From: Planctomycetota bacterium | Lineage (GTDB): Bacteria; Planctomycetota; UBA8108; SXIK01 | Length of the DNA stretch: 64,000 nucleotides | Reading direction: 5' to 3' | NCBI GenBank assembly: GCA_965223265.1 | Contig: OZ244999.1 | Coordinates: forward strand, 8,064,001-8,128,000 | Part shown: positions 28,697-38,750 of the stretch, piece after piece | How positions within the stretch are numbered: position 1 is the first letter of the stretch | Layout: each line of letters begins with the position of its first letter | Position numbers and translations under genes: made by a program | Notes under the pieces: model-generated | Told to the model about the DNA's origin: nothing | Databases searched by the model: none | Seen by the model: the letters and a program-made list of their open reading frames with translations, nothing else

Positions 28697-29320
28697 TTAG
28701 ACTTGGGTTTGCTCTTCAGAAGTCGCGCTTGCGTGTGTCGCGGCGTCCGATCCTGAGTCGGCACGCGCGATCACAGCCGCAGGTACGCCAACGGCGACCG
28801 AATGATCGGGAATTGGTTTGGTGACGACGGCCCCGGCGCCGATGACGCAGTATTTGCCGACGTCGCGTAGGACGATCGCGCCGCTGCCGATCCACGTCCC
28901 TTCTCCGACGCGGACGCACGAATACTTGTTGTCGCGCGCACGAGGGGGCACGCCTGGCTCGACTGCATGGGTGTTGCCGCCGCTTGGAATCACCACTTGG
29001 TCGGCAAGCATGACGTCACGTTCGAGATGGACCCAACCGAGGCTGCAGCCTCGGCCGATATAGACATGCGACGCGAGAGTTGCTTCCAGCTTGCTGAAGT
29101 GGGAGCCGCAGCCGATCTGTACGTGGGGACTGGCGTCGCGCAAGACCTTCGAATAGACAGCAGCTCGAAGGTAGATTCCCACGTAGCCTGTCATCCGCGC
29201 CAAACGTTCGGTGAGCCCGAGGAACGCCTTGTCTTGCCCAAGAAGGCGCCGGGCAACGCGGTAGCGAAAGAGTGCCGCGGAGGCGTAGAGACTAAAGGCA
29301 GCGCGCAGGAACGATCTCAT
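28697..29320 (-). CDS. Hexapeptide-repeat (LbH) acyltransferase
   Basis: VRVGEGTWIGSGAIVLRDVGKYCVIGAGAVVTKPIPDHSVAVGVPA. Confidence 0.88.
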   Translation of the reverse strand: MRSFLRAAFSLYASAALFRYRVARRLLGQDKAFLGLTERLARMTGYVGIYLRAAVYSKVLRDASPHVQIGCGSHFSKLEATLASHVYIGRGCSLGWVHLERDVMLADQVVIPSGGNTHAVEPGVPPRARDNKYSCVRVGEGTWIGSGAIVLRDVGKYCVIGAGAVVTKPIPDHSVAVGVPAAVIARADSGSDAATHASATSEEQTQV

Positions 29321-29377
29321 GAATCTAACCCGATAGAGTTGCGATCTTTCTTTGGTCTTGCTGAGGCTAGGCTTGTG

Positions 29378-31321
29378 TCATCCAGGGGTGTCGGCGGACT
29401 GGCGGACGAGCTCGACCGTCTCTTCTTCGGTGGTCGCCGGTGGAGACGTTCGCAGTCCGTCCAACCAGCTCTTCAGCGACCAGAGTGCCCAGAGGGTCAT
29501 GCCGTGATTGTGGCTGCCGTTGAGATGTTGGAGCCATACGGCCCGAGCTCGTTCGCGGTCGATCCAGCCCAGGTCGCTCCCTGCCGAGAAGAGCGAATCT
29601 TCGAAAGACTTTCGGAGTGCGGTTCTGAACCAGTTGTCGATCGGCATGTGAAACCCGCGTTTGGGTAAGTTTCGAACTTCCGCTGGTAGGTAGCGCCCAG
29701 CGAGCTTGCGCAGGAGATGTTTCGAAACTCCGGGGCGCGTTTTGATGCGCGACGGAATCGACAGTGCGAGTTCAATCACGCGTTTCGACAGAAGGGGTGA
29801 ACGCACTTCAAGTCCGTGTGCCATGCTCATGCGATCGACTTTGACGAGCACGTCCTCGGTCATGTAGAAGCCGACATCGGCACGCATGATGGCGCCGAAC
29901 GCGTCGCCGTCGGCGCCGGCGCGGTACACCTGGCGGATGTGTTCTTCGACGGCCTCTCCCTGGGCCGCGATATCAGGAGCGAGTTCGCTGGCAAGCGAAG
30001 GCGCCGTAAAGCAGAGGTCAGCGTAGAACGCTGCGTCTTCGTCGATCGCGATGTTGCGGAACACGGTGGACAGCCTTAAGACGCGCGGCAGATCGTGACG
30101 ATCCGGCCAGACGCGCGCTAACCAGCGCATGATGCTGCGTCGGAACCAGGACGGCAGGCAAGCCCGCAGTTTCGCGTCGCGTTGGTGCGGAAAATAGCGA
30201 AAGTCGTAGCCACCGAACGGCTCGTCGCCTCCGTCTCCTGTGAGCGCCACCGTGACGTGCTCTTTCGCCGCCTTCGAGACGTACCACGTCGGTATGGCGG
30301 AAGAGTCAGCGAACGGTTCACCAAAGTGCCGCGGCAGTTGTCGCACAAGTTCCTCAACTCGGGGGGTGACCAAGACTTCCTGATGGTCGGTGTGGAGGTG
30401 CTGTGCGACCTGACTCGCGGCTTCGAGTTCGCCGGGTTCGCCGTCGAAACTGGCGGTGATCGTCTTCACCCCCGGGCCCAGCTGCTCCGACAGTAGACTC
30501 ACCACCAGGCCTGAGTCGATGCCGCCGGAGAGAAAGGCCCCGAGCGGAACTTCGCTCATGAGTCGATCGGTGACCGCGGCGCGAAGCTCGGCGTCGATCG
30601 CTTCGACGGCCTCCTCTTCACTGTAGTCGTTGTTGACGCCAACGGTCGCTGGGTCCCAATAACGGCGTTTGTGTACGCCGCTGGCGTCGACGACGCAGCA
30701 TTCGCCGGGCCGGAGTTTCTCGACGTCGTTGTAGATACTCCAAGGCGATGGTACGTAACCCAGACGCAGATAGAATGCCCAGGCGGTTGAGTCGAATTCT
30801 CCTTGCCAGTCCGTCGCGGCGGTCAAGGCGCTGAGCTCTGAGGCGAAGTCAAGGATTCCACGTCGCCATCGCAGATAGAGCGGTTTCTTGCCGACGTGGT
30901 CACGTGCTAGAAACAGAGTGCGCTCGCGTGTGTCGAGGAGGGCGAACGAGAACATGCCTTCGAGGCGTTCGACGCAGCGATCTCCCCACTTCGCAAAAGC
31001 GGCGAGGATCACCTCGGTGTCCGAGTCGGTCTGGAAGTCGTAGTCTCCGACGAGCTCGTCGCGCAGCCGACGGTAGTTGTAGATCTCGCCGTTGAACGTT
31101 ATCCAGAACCGCCCACCCACGCCGCTCATGGGCTGTTGTCCAGTTTTGAGATCGATGATCGCCAAACGCCGATGCCCCAGGACGGCAAGGGGAGTTCGAT
31201 CGACGATGCCGCCAGCGTCCGGGCCGCGATGAAGAACCGATTGGGTCATCGCGGCGACTTCCATCGTCGCGTTTGGCTCGAGTCTGGCTTGTGGAGAGAA
31301 TCTGCCAGCTATTCCGCACAT
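29378..31321 (-). CDS. asnB: Asparagine synthase (glutamine-hydrolysing) family amidotransferase, exosortase-system type
   Basis: N-terminal MCGIAG, HRGPD, GHRRLAIID, FNGEIYN, LSGGIDS, EPFADSS, VKVDRMSMAHGLEVRSP. Confidence 0.93.
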   Translation of the reverse strand: MCGIAGRFSPQARLEPNATMEVAAMTQSVLHRGPDAGGIVDRTPLAVLGHRRLAIIDLKTGQQPMSGVGGRFWITFNGEIYNYRRLRDELVGDYDFQTDSDTEVILAAFAKWGDRCVERLEGMFSFALLDTRERTLFLARDHVGKKPLYLRWRRGILDFASELSALTAATDWQGEFDSTAWAFYLRLGYVPSPWSIYNDVEKLRPGECCVVDASGVHKRRYWDPATVGVNNDYSEEEAVEAIDAELRAAVTDRLMSEVPLGAFLSGGIDSGLVVSLLSEQLGPGVKTITASFDGEPGELEAASQVAQHLHTDHQEVLVTPRVEELVRQLPRHFGEPFADSSAIPTWYVSKAAKEHVTVALTGDGGDEPFGGYDFRYFPHQRDAKLRACLPSWFRRSIMRWLARVWPDRHDLPRVLRLSTVFRNIAIDEDAAFYADLCFTAPSLASELAPDIAAQGEAVEEHIRQVYRAGADGDAFGAIMRADVGFYMTEDVLVKVDRMSMAHGLEVRSPLLSKRVIELALSIPSRIKTRPGVSKHLLRKLAGRYLPAEVRNLPKRGFHMPIDNWFRTALRKSFEDSLFSAGSDLGWIDRERARAVWLQHLNGSHNHGMTLWALWSLKSWLDGLRTSPPATTEEETVELVRQSADTPG

Positions 31322-32532
31322 GATGGCTCTTCAACCTCGTGCGCCCGTGACCGCTGCCGCGTCACCAGTTGTTCATAGATTGAGACGTACTGAGAAGCGA
31401 TGCGCTCGATCGAGAAACGTTCCGCCACTCTGCTGTGCGCGGCGTCGCTGAGGCGGGTTGCCAGTTCGCCGTCCGTGAGGACGGTTTCGAGGGCTGTGGC
31501 GTAGGCGTTGACGAATTCTTCAGGAAGCGTTGAGTCGTCCGTCGACACCTTCGCTGGCTGCTCGACAAGGACGGCGCTTTGACCGTCGCTTAGAATCTCA
31601 GGAATGCCGCCGACGGCCGTGGACACGATCGGTACCCGTGCAACCATGGCTTCCAGAATCGTCATCGGGGTACCTTCGCTCAACGACGACAGCGCGAAGA
31701 CGTCGAATTCGGGCAGCAGGGTTTCCACATCGGATCGTTGGCCAAGGAAGTGCACGTGGTCGCGAACCCCCAGGGCGTCGACGTGCTGCTCGAGACGTGC
31801 GCGCTCTGGGCCGCCGCCGACGATGATCAGTGCAACATCCGCATGCCGCTTTGTTAGCTCCGCGACAGAAGAGATCAGCAAGCGCTGATTCTTGATTGGA
31901 TCGAGACGGCCGACGGTCCCGACGAGCCGCGTCTGTGGCGACGACTTCAGTTTTGCCAGCGCTGCCGTTGTGCGTGGTTGGCTTTCGGTACTGTGCGGGA
32001 TCTCCACACCGTTGTAGATCACGTCGATCGAGTCGGCCCGAAATTTTTCGATGTTGACAAGACTGTCGCGAACGCCGAGCGACACGGCGGTGATTCGATC
32101 CACCAAGCGACCGAACACGCGGTTGAACATTTGCCTCTTGAGCGAGCAGACGTCCGGGAAGAAGCGGCCGTGTTCTGTGAAGACCAAGGGCACCCGCGTC
32201 GCGACCTTCGAGATAACGCCGTAGACATAGCAGGTGAGCTGGTGAGCGTGGATCACGTCGAAGCCCTCACTGCGCACGTGGCGTGAGATGCGCCCCGGCA
32301 ACTGGCGGTCGAAGCCCTGACGGCGTCCGTAGACGACAAGCGGCACGCCTTCTTGAGTCAGCTGCTCGCCGAGTTCACCGGCCACGTCGAGGCAACCAAC
32401 CGACACGTCGATGCCGCATTTGCGATAGTGGCGAACAAGACGACAGACCATGGTTTCGGTGCCGCCAATAGGCAGTCCGTGAACGAGTAGCAGTAGTTTC
32501 ACGTCGGCGTGCTTCGAAGTTGCGGAGCCCAA
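31309..32532 (-). CDS. GT4 family glycosyltransferase (TIGR03088-like)
   Basis: IGGTE, VIYNGV, VGRLDPIKN, DVFALSSLSEGTPMTILEAM. Confidence 0.9.
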   Translation of the reverse strand: MGSATSKHADVKLLLLVHGLPIGGTETMVCRLVRHYRKCGIDVSVGCLDVAGELGEQLTQEGVPLVVYGRRQGFDRQLPGRISRHVRSEGFDVIHAHQLTCYVYGVISKVATRVPLVFTEHGRFFPDVCSLKRQMFNRVFGRLVDRITAVSLGVRDSLVNIEKFRADSIDVIYNGVEIPHSTESQPRTTAALAKLKSSPQTRLVGTVGRLDPIKNQRLLISSVAELTKRHADVALIIVGGGPERARLEQHVDALGVRDHVHFLGQRSDVETLLPEFDVFALSSLSEGTPMTILEAMVARVPIVSTAVGGIPEILSDGQSAVLVEQPAKVSTDDSTLPEEFVNAYATALETVLTDGELATRLSDAAHSRVAERFSIERIASQYVSIYEQLVTRQRSRAHEVEEPSCAE

Positions 32533-32711
32533 AAAGGTGCGACAGCGGCTCGCGCCTGCAACGTTTGCGGGTTGAAGGCGTGTAGCAAGGTTGAGCCACG
32601 ATGGCCATCCGCCGTCCTGGGCGCGGCGTTTCGACCAGAGAAGTATACTCCGCGTACCGCAGCGGAGCGGCGTCGTGCACGCTACCGGCCGAGCCGATAT
32701 TCCGGCGTCCG

Positions 32712-33917
32712 TTATCGGGACGCGACGTGCGGCACGTCAGTGGGCTGAACGGTCTGGCCGCCTTCGACGAGCTTCTGGAAAAGGGCTTCGTACGACGCAG
32801 CCATCGAACTGGCCGAGAACTGCTCGTAGACGCGAGACTTTGCCGCTTGGCGTAGCTGGTCGCCACGCCCTCGGTCTTGGAGATAGGCTTTCAGCAGCCT
32901 GGCGAGTGCCTGTGTGTCCCCGGCCGGAAACATTTCGCCTGAGACGCCGTGCTCGATGGCTGCAGCGATTCCCGGGATGTTCGAACCGACGCACGGAACG
33001 CCTGCCGCCATCGCCTCGAGCATGGCTCGAGGTGTTCCTTCGCGGTAGGAAGGAAGCACGAAGAGGTCGAAACGTTTCAGGAGTGATAGCCGGTCCTGTC
33101 GAAAACCGACGAGGCCGATGCGCTCGGTCAGTTGCTTCAATGCGATTTTTTCGCGCAGCCGACCGTACTCGGGGCCGTCGCCGATCATCGTGCAGTTCCA
33201 TCCGTCCTGCGGCAGCTCCGCGAGTGCGTCGATCAAGACATCGCAGCCCTTGCCGGGGATCAGTCGTCCGATGAATCCGATCGACAGCTCGTCATCGTCG
33301 CGCTGGGTGGGTAGAGGTCCGTCAAGCGGCACTGCAGCCTCGACGTCGTTGAGGTCCACACCGTTCGGAATGAGGTGGAGTCGATGCTTTCGAATGGGCA
33401 CGAAGCGGATGTCGTCGACGAGTCCCTGAGAGAGAGGGGCGACGGCGTCAAATAGCGGAAAGCTCCACTTGTTCAGGCAGTCGACGAGCCGTAGTTTCCA
33501 GCCACCGGTTGCCTCCCAGCCGTGCGGTGTGGTCACCCATTTGCACTTTGAGCGTCGCATGCTCATACAGGAGATCAGATCCTGCCTTGCCCCATGGCTG
33601 TGAACGATGTCAATCGAGAGATCGGCAATCGCGCTTTTCAAGCCGGCGACACTCGAGCGGATCAGATTCTTTCGAGCGTCGATTTCGAGCGTCTCGAAGC
33701 CCAGAGCCTTCGCTGTTTCGAGGAGTGGCAGGGAGCTCTGATCGCCATCCTGGAGGCCGGCCACGACCGTCTCGACTGCCTCGGCGTGCAAATGCTTGAT
33801 CAGTGTCAAGATCCAGCGCTCGGCCCCGTACATGCTTGCTCCGTACGCGAACTGCATGACGCGAATCGGCCGCGGTAAGGCGTTTCGCTCCATCGAGATC
33901 GTGTTCGTCGACATCAC
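32712..33917 (-). CDS. GT4 family glycosyltransferase
   Basis: YGAERW, IPNGVD, IGRLIPGKG, FVLPSYREGTPRAMLEAM. Confidence 0.9.
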   Translation of the reverse strand: MMSTNTISMERNALPRPIRVMQFAYGASMYGAERWILTLIKHLHAEAVETVVAGLQDGDQSSLPLLETAKALGFETLEIDARKNLIRSSVAGLKSAIADLSIDIVHSHGARQDLISCMSMRRSKCKWVTTPHGWEATGGWKLRLVDCLNKWSFPLFDAVAPLSQGLVDDIRFVPIRKHRLHLIPNGVDLNDVEAAVPLDGPLPTQRDDDELSIGFIGRLIPGKGCDVLIDALAELPQDGWNCTMIGDGPEYGRLREKIALKQLTERIGLVGFRQDRLSLLKRFDLFVLPSYREGTPRAMLEAMAAGVPCVGSNIPGIAAAIEHGVSGEMFPAGDTQALARLLKAYLQDRGRGDQLRQAAKSRVYEQFSASSMAASYEALFQKLVEGGQTVQPTDVPHVASR

Positions 33918-33923
33918 GGGGCT

Positions 33924-34994
33924 CTACGAGTGCGATAAGGTTTCGTGGTCCTCTCGACTCTTCTTCGGTTGTCGCGAACGAATCCCTGTTCTTGTAATCC
34001 AGGCACTGAAGGCAGCTGCTCTGGCGGCACAGTAGATCGTGTAGACAATAAAGTGCTCTGGGATCCGGAGGGGTCTTCGCTTCTTCACGAAACTCCTCAG
34101 CGTCAGAGCTGCCGGAGGGAGGCATGCGATCAGAAGACCCGCGGCGAGAAGCGTCGGACCCCGCTGTGCGGCCAGGAGTACGGCACCAACCGCAGCTGTG
34201 ACATAGCCTGTCGTACTCGCGAGTGGCAACAGAAGGCTCGGGAGTTCCGCAATCGAGACGCGTCCCCCCTTCAATCCATCGTAGCTGTTTTTTCCGTGCC
34301 AAATCTCCTTGCGAAAGAACGCCCCAATCGTTCGCGGCTCCCGCAGGTGGACAGCGCGGACGTCGCTGGCGTAGACGATGGTTCCGAGTTTCTGTAGCCG
34401 ATAACAGAGGTCTGCGTCTTCGCAGCTCTCGAGCTGTTCATTGAATCCGCCGACGCTCAGAAATGCATCGCGACGAACGATGAGGTTCGCGGACGGAAGC
34501 CACGCCGTTGGCGCCGGCGGCCCAGGTGGCCGTGCGGCCAGAAAACCCCACGTGCGCTGCATCCACGTGCCGCTGGCTGGTGGTGCAGGATAGGACCCGC
34601 ACGCGATGATTGGCTGCAGCTCGGTCTGCTCGAGCACGGCTGCTGCTGCGGTCAGCCAGTCGGCGCTGGCGCAGCAGTCGGCGTCGAGAAAGGCCACGTA
34701 CGAAGCAGACGTGGCGCGGACGCCTTCGTTTCTGGCCGCGGCGATGGTTGTAGCGTGCTCGAGGGTGACGACGCGGACGCCATGGCGCTGGGCGACTGCG
34801 TTGGTGTCATCTTCTGAGCCGTTGTCGACCACAACGATCTCGAGTCGCTCTCGAGGGTAGTCCAGCCCGTCCAGCGCCTCGAGACACCGCGGCAGGAGCT
34901 CGGATTCGTTGCGCGCTGGAATGACGACCGCGAACTCAGGCGTACCCGAGGCGCCGCAGCGCATCGCGTCAGGTTGGCGAGCCTCGCTGGTCAC
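33924..34994 (-). CDS. GT2 family glycosyltransferase with C-terminal TMs
   Basis: VVIPARNE, VVDNGSED, AARNEG, FLDADC, GGFNE...CEDADL. Confidence 0.9.
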   Translation of the reverse strand: MTSEARQPDAMRCGASGTPEFAVVIPARNESELLPRCLEALDGLDYPRERLEIVVVDNGSEDDTNAVAQRHGVRVVTLEHATTIAAARNEGVRATSASYVAFLDADCCASADWLTAAAAVLEQTELQPIIACGSYPAPPASGTWMQRTWGFLAARPPGPPAPTAWLPSANLIVRRDAFLSVGGFNEQLESCEDADLCYRLQKLGTIVYASDVRAVHLREPRTIGAFFRKEIWHGKNSYDGLKGGRVSIAELPSLLLPLASTTGYVTAAVGAVLLAAQRGPTLLAAGLLIACLPPAALTLRSFVKKRRPLRIPEHFIVYTIYCAARAAAFSAWITRTGIRSRQPKKSREDHETLSHS

Positions 34995-36256
34995 ACCGAC
35001 AGCCTTTCCGGTGTCTTCGTGTTTGAGTCTTCCCCGCCATCGACCGCAACCTCTGCACCGATCACGCGACGGGTGACTGCCTGCGTGCGGGCGCAGATGA
35101 CGTCCCAGGTGTAGTTCTCCAGCACCAGCTTACGCCCGAAGGTTCCCATCGCCTGGCGTTTCTCAGCGTCGGCCGCCAAAGTGGTCACTGCGTCGACGAT
35201 CTCGTCGATGGACGTCCCGTCGATCCGCAGGCCGCTTTGACCGTGTCGAATTGCGTCCGACGTGCCACCCGAGGCGCCGCCGATCACGGGCTTTCCGCAA
35301 GCGTTGGCTTCCAGAAAAACGATGCCGAACCCCTCGATATCGCCGCCCGGAAGCTCGCGGTTGGCCATGATGAAGATGTCGCACGTGTTGTAAAGACGCG
35401 GCAAGCTGTCGACGTCCACGGCCCCGAGGAAGTGGACTGCGCCGCCAACGCCATGCTTGGCGACAAGCTCCTCGAGATGTTCCCGCTCCTCGCCATCGCT
35501 TGCGATGACGTAAACGAGATTGGGGACCGCCTCCAGGATGCGCGGCAGGGCTGAGATGACCTGGTCATGGCCTTTGCGGAGCGTGAGACGCCCGACGCTT
35601 AGAAGAACGACTTTGCCTTCAAGTCCCAAGCGCGAGACGAGCTCGTCGTCGGGCGCTGCCGGACAGAACGTGTCCGCATCAACGCCAGGGGAAATCTGCG
35701 TTACGTGTTCGGTGCGCACTCCTGCCTTTGCGAGTGTCTCAACGGTAAAGGTGCTGTTCGCGATCACGGCGGCGGCGTCGTCGTAGACCGGTCGGATGGT
35801 CGGTGCGAGCTTTGGGTCACCCTGACAGATTGTGATCTCTTCGCCATGGGCGTAGATCACGTACGGGACGCGAAGCGTCTTGCTGACGATCCGCGCAATG
35901 TAGCCCTCTGGCAGGTTTTTACCGACGTGAATGATGTCAATCTTGTGGCGTAGCACGATCCACATCGCCGAGACGAGCATGTTCAAGTACATCAGCAGCG
36001 AGTGGGGACGAAGGAACCAGTAGCGCTCGAATGAGCGTCGCACGACGCGCCGGATGCCACTCCGAGTCGAATCTGATTCGATCGATTGGTCGAGATCCCG
36101 CGTCCCGCGGTACTTCTTTGTTAGTAGAAAGACGGTCTTGTCGGGGTGGCGGATGTAGGAGTTGTGCAGCCAGGTGATGCTGCCGCCGATCTGTGGCAGG
36201 TAAATCTCTGAGATAACGAGGACTCGAGGGTGGCGCTTCATTGGAGGCGATCTCAT
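34991..36256 (-). CDS. GT4 family glycosyltransferase (PimB-like)
   Basis: EIYLPQIGGS, SVGRLTLRKG, EGFGIVFLEANACGKPVIGG. Start placed at the ATGA overlap with the upstream stop. Confidence 0.9.
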   Translation of the reverse strand: MRSPPMKRHPRVLVISEIYLPQIGGSITWLHNSYIRHPDKTVFLLTKKYRGTRDLDQSIESDSTRSGIRRVVRRSFERYWFLRPHSLLMYLNMLVSAMWIVLRHKIDIIHVGKNLPEGYIARIVSKTLRVPYVIYAHGEEITICQGDPKLAPTIRPVYDDAAAVIANSTFTVETLAKAGVRTEHVTQISPGVDADTFCPAAPDDELVSRLGLEGKVVLLSVGRLTLRKGHDQVISALPRILEAVPNLVYVIASDGEEREHLEELVAKHGVGGAVHFLGAVDVDSLPRLYNTCDIFIMANRELPGGDIEGFGIVFLEANACGKPVIGGASGGTSDAIRHGQSGLRIDGTSIDEIVDAVTTLAADAEKRQAMGTFGRKLVLENYTWDVICARTQAVTRRVIGAEVAVDGGEDSNTKTPERLSV

Positions 36257-37485
36257 GTGGTGGTTGAACTGACAGTTTCGTCCCTCTGCGCCGCGCCACC
36301 CGCAGTGCAGCGCTCGAGGAGCCTTTCCAGCTTGGCGATCTGCTCCGCCCAAACGTAGTGAGACTCTACGAATCGCCTTGCGCTATGCCCGAGAGCTTGC
36401 CGCGCGTCGTCGTCGCGCAGAAGACGAACGATCTCGCTGGCGAACCGGCGCGGATCGTCTTCGACGAGTGCGATCGGATCGGAACTTCCATCCACCCCAC
36501 GGAAGGCAGCGCTCGTGCTGATGACCGCCTTTCCCATCGCCATCGCCTCGAGGACCTTGTTCTGGATGCCGCGCGCCAGGAGGAGAGGAACCACGGCTAT
36601 GGCTGCGCGCTGCACGTAGGGTCGAACGTCGGGCACTCGACCTGTGACCGTGACACCGGCGCGATCGCCAAGGCGAACAACCTCGCTCGACGGGCGCGAT
36701 CCGACGATTGTGAATCGAACGTCGGGGTAGGTCTGCCGCACCAGTGGCAGAACGTCGTCGCAGAAGAACGTCACGCCCTGCACGTTCGGAAAGTAGTCCA
36801 TGACCCCGGTAAACACGAGCTCTCTGTTTGTCTCAGTCTCGTCTCGGTCGGTTGGCTTGAAGTATTCCAAATCGACACCGTTTCGAAGTACCTCGAAGCG
36901 CCCCTCTTTCAGAAGGTTCTTACAGTCGTCGCACTCCGCTTGGGTTCGCACGAGCGTGTATGCTGCTGTCGCTGCAACACGCTCTTCATACGCCAGTAGA
37001 CGCCGGTGCTCCGAGCGATAGACAGCAGACTTCGGCCACTGCGCCCACTGCGAGTAGAGCTTCCACTTCTGCGAATCGAGATCGACGAAGTCAGCGATGT
37101 GGGGCGTTTCGGGGAGGATTTTCGCGTATTGCGCCATGGAAGACGAGAACGTGACGACGGCGTCGAATCGAGGCGCTTCGGCGGCGACGCGGATTTTCTG
37201 CGCGAGCTTTTCCGAACGAAAGTAGGCCACCGAGAGGGGTTCCCGACGGGCCAGAGCGAGGAGAGCGTTCCGTTTTCCCGTGGACGCGGAATGCCGAGCG
37301 GTGATGACCTGAATCCCCTGTTTTTCGAGCTCAAGGGCGTTGCGCGCCTCGTCATCCGATTCGACCACAGTCGCTACTGTGACTTCGTGCGAGCCCACCA
37401 GCTGACGAATTGCGTTGTAAGAGGCGATCTTGTCGCCGCGGTCAGGGGGAAAAGGGACTCGCTGGCAAACGTAGAGTATTCTCAT
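36253..37485 (-). CDS. Sugar transferase, PEP-CTERM/EpsH1-system associated (TIGR03087-like GT4)
   Basis: RVPFPPDRGDKI, DFVDLDSQKW..Y, NGVD..YF, FTGVMDYFPN, ARGIQNKVLEAMAM. Confidence 0.9.
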   Translation of the reverse strand: MRILYVCQRVPFPPDRGDKIASYNAIRQLVGSHEVTVATVVESDDEARNALELEKQGIQVITARHSASTGKRNALLALARREPLSVAYFRSEKLAQKIRVAAEAPRFDAVVTFSSSMAQYAKILPETPHIADFVDLDSQKWKLYSQWAQWPKSAVYRSEHRRLLAYEERVAATAAYTLVRTQAECDDCKNLLKEGRFEVLRNGVDLEYFKPTDRDETETNRELVFTGVMDYFPNVQGVTFFCDDVLPLVRQTYPDVRFTIVGSRPSSEVVRLGDRAGVTVTGRVPDVRPYVQRAAIAVVPLLLARGIQNKVLEAMAMGKAVISTSAAFRGVDGSSDPIALVEDDPRRFASEIVRLLRDDDARQALGHSARRFVESHYVWAEQIAKLERLLERCTAGGAAQRDETVSSTTT

Positions 37486-37500
37486 GGAGCGGTTCCAGTG

Positions 37501-38652
37501 TCAGTTTGCCAGCTTGCGTCGCAGAACCGGCCCGAGTCGATTGGCCAGCCAAAGTGGAAGGCGACTCCACGCGCTCACGAGTCTCCCATGTTTGGATGGG
37601 TTCAGGTGATGCTCCGCCTCCTGCGCAACGCCGAGAGCGTCGTGCGATTTCCATTCGAGCTCGTAGGGTTGGGCTCCCCACTGTTTCTTAAAGGTATACG
37701 TGCCGGAATTCTGAGCCGATCGGCCAAAGTCGAATCTCTCGAAACCGTCGTCCACGGCATCGGAGAGGATGCGCCAATACAGAGAGTGATTCGGACAGCT
37801 TCGGAACGACTGACGCAGGGACGACGCCCACGGAACTGTCAAGGTCGACCGAAAGCCGATGGCGATGGCACCCCCGATCACACGGCCGTCCCTGTCCTGC
37901 GTCAGATAGAGCCTAGCCTTCTTAGCGAAGCTTCTGAACACTTCGCGAAACAGCGTGAGATCGTGAACGGGCGAGCCAAGGTCTCGCATGTTCTCGCAGA
38001 ATACGGCGTAGAAATCTCCGAGGCGCGACGGGCTCTCATGAGTCGTCTCGAGGCCTTCCTTATCGCTCTTGCGCACTTGATTGCGTACCTTGGGGCGAAA
38101 GGACCGCCAGAGTTCGTCGACGGACTTTGGCAGGGATAAGACGAGAGTTGCGCGCGGCGCGTCTGCGGTCGCAGTTCGATTGGTCCCAGACCGAAGATCG
38201 ATGCCTCGCGCGTGAACTTTTTCTGCAACTTCGACCGCAGCTTGCCAGAGCGCGCCGCGGGCTTCTTCAGTTCCAGCAAGCATTCCGGCTTGATCGAGGA
38301 AAGGCACGGACACAACACGTTTGCCACCTAAGAGCCCGCCCATGTACACCAGCGGCAGGACCCCCTCGACACGGTTTTGCCGTGCCGCGTAGAGGTAAAT
38401 GCACCGTTTATTGTAGGCGTTTTCGAAGATCTCTTTCCACTCGAACGAGTGACCGAGGTTGGCGTCGGGATGGACCTGGACGAACAGATTCCACAGCGGC
38501 TCGTCAGCTTTTTCGGCCGTCCAGACTCGAAGTCTTGCGTTTTGCTCTCCAGTGCGCGTCGCCGCCGTCGCCTCGACGTTCACGGGTGCATCGGTTTCGG
38601 AGACCACTGCAGGACCTTGGAGAGACTCGGTCGGACGGAGGGGCTCGTTCAT
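37501..38652 (-). CDS. FemAB-related GNAT protein, PEP-CTERM system (TIGR03019-like)
   Basis: GVLPL, VSVPF, KVRNQVRK, NMRDLGSPV, PNHSLYW, FDFGRS...SGTYTFKKQWGA. Confidence 0.9.
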   Translation of the reverse strand: MNEPLRPTESLQGPAVVSETDAPVNVEATAATRTGEQNARLRVWTAEKADEPLWNLFVQVHPDANLGHSFEWKEIFENAYNKRCIYLYAARQNRVEGVLPLVYMGGLLGGKRVVSVPFLDQAGMLAGTEEARGALWQAAVEVAEKVHARGIDLRSGTNRTATADAPRATLVLSLPKSVDELWRSFRPKVRNQVRKSDKEGLETTHESPSRLGDFYAVFCENMRDLGSPVHDLTLFREVFRSFAKKARLYLTQDRDGRVIGGAIAIGFRSTLTVPWASSLRQSFRSCPNHSLYWRILSDAVDDGFERFDFGRSAQNSGTYTFKKQWGAQPYELEWKSHDALGVAQEAEHHLNPSKHGRLVSAWSRLPLWLANRLGPVLRRKLAN

Positions 38653-38750
38653 GGAGTTGTAATAGAGTAGTTCTTGGGTTTCATTGGAGGCGGTCAGGGT
38701 CTGGCCGCCACGCCAGATCGGTCACAACGAGTCGAATGGGCTGTTAAACC

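Noticed and set aside
32584-32598. Sigma54-like TGGCTCAACCTTGCT upstream of the 32532 glycosyltransferase (minus strand)
   Set aside because: GG-to-GC spacing is 9 nt, not the strictly required 10.
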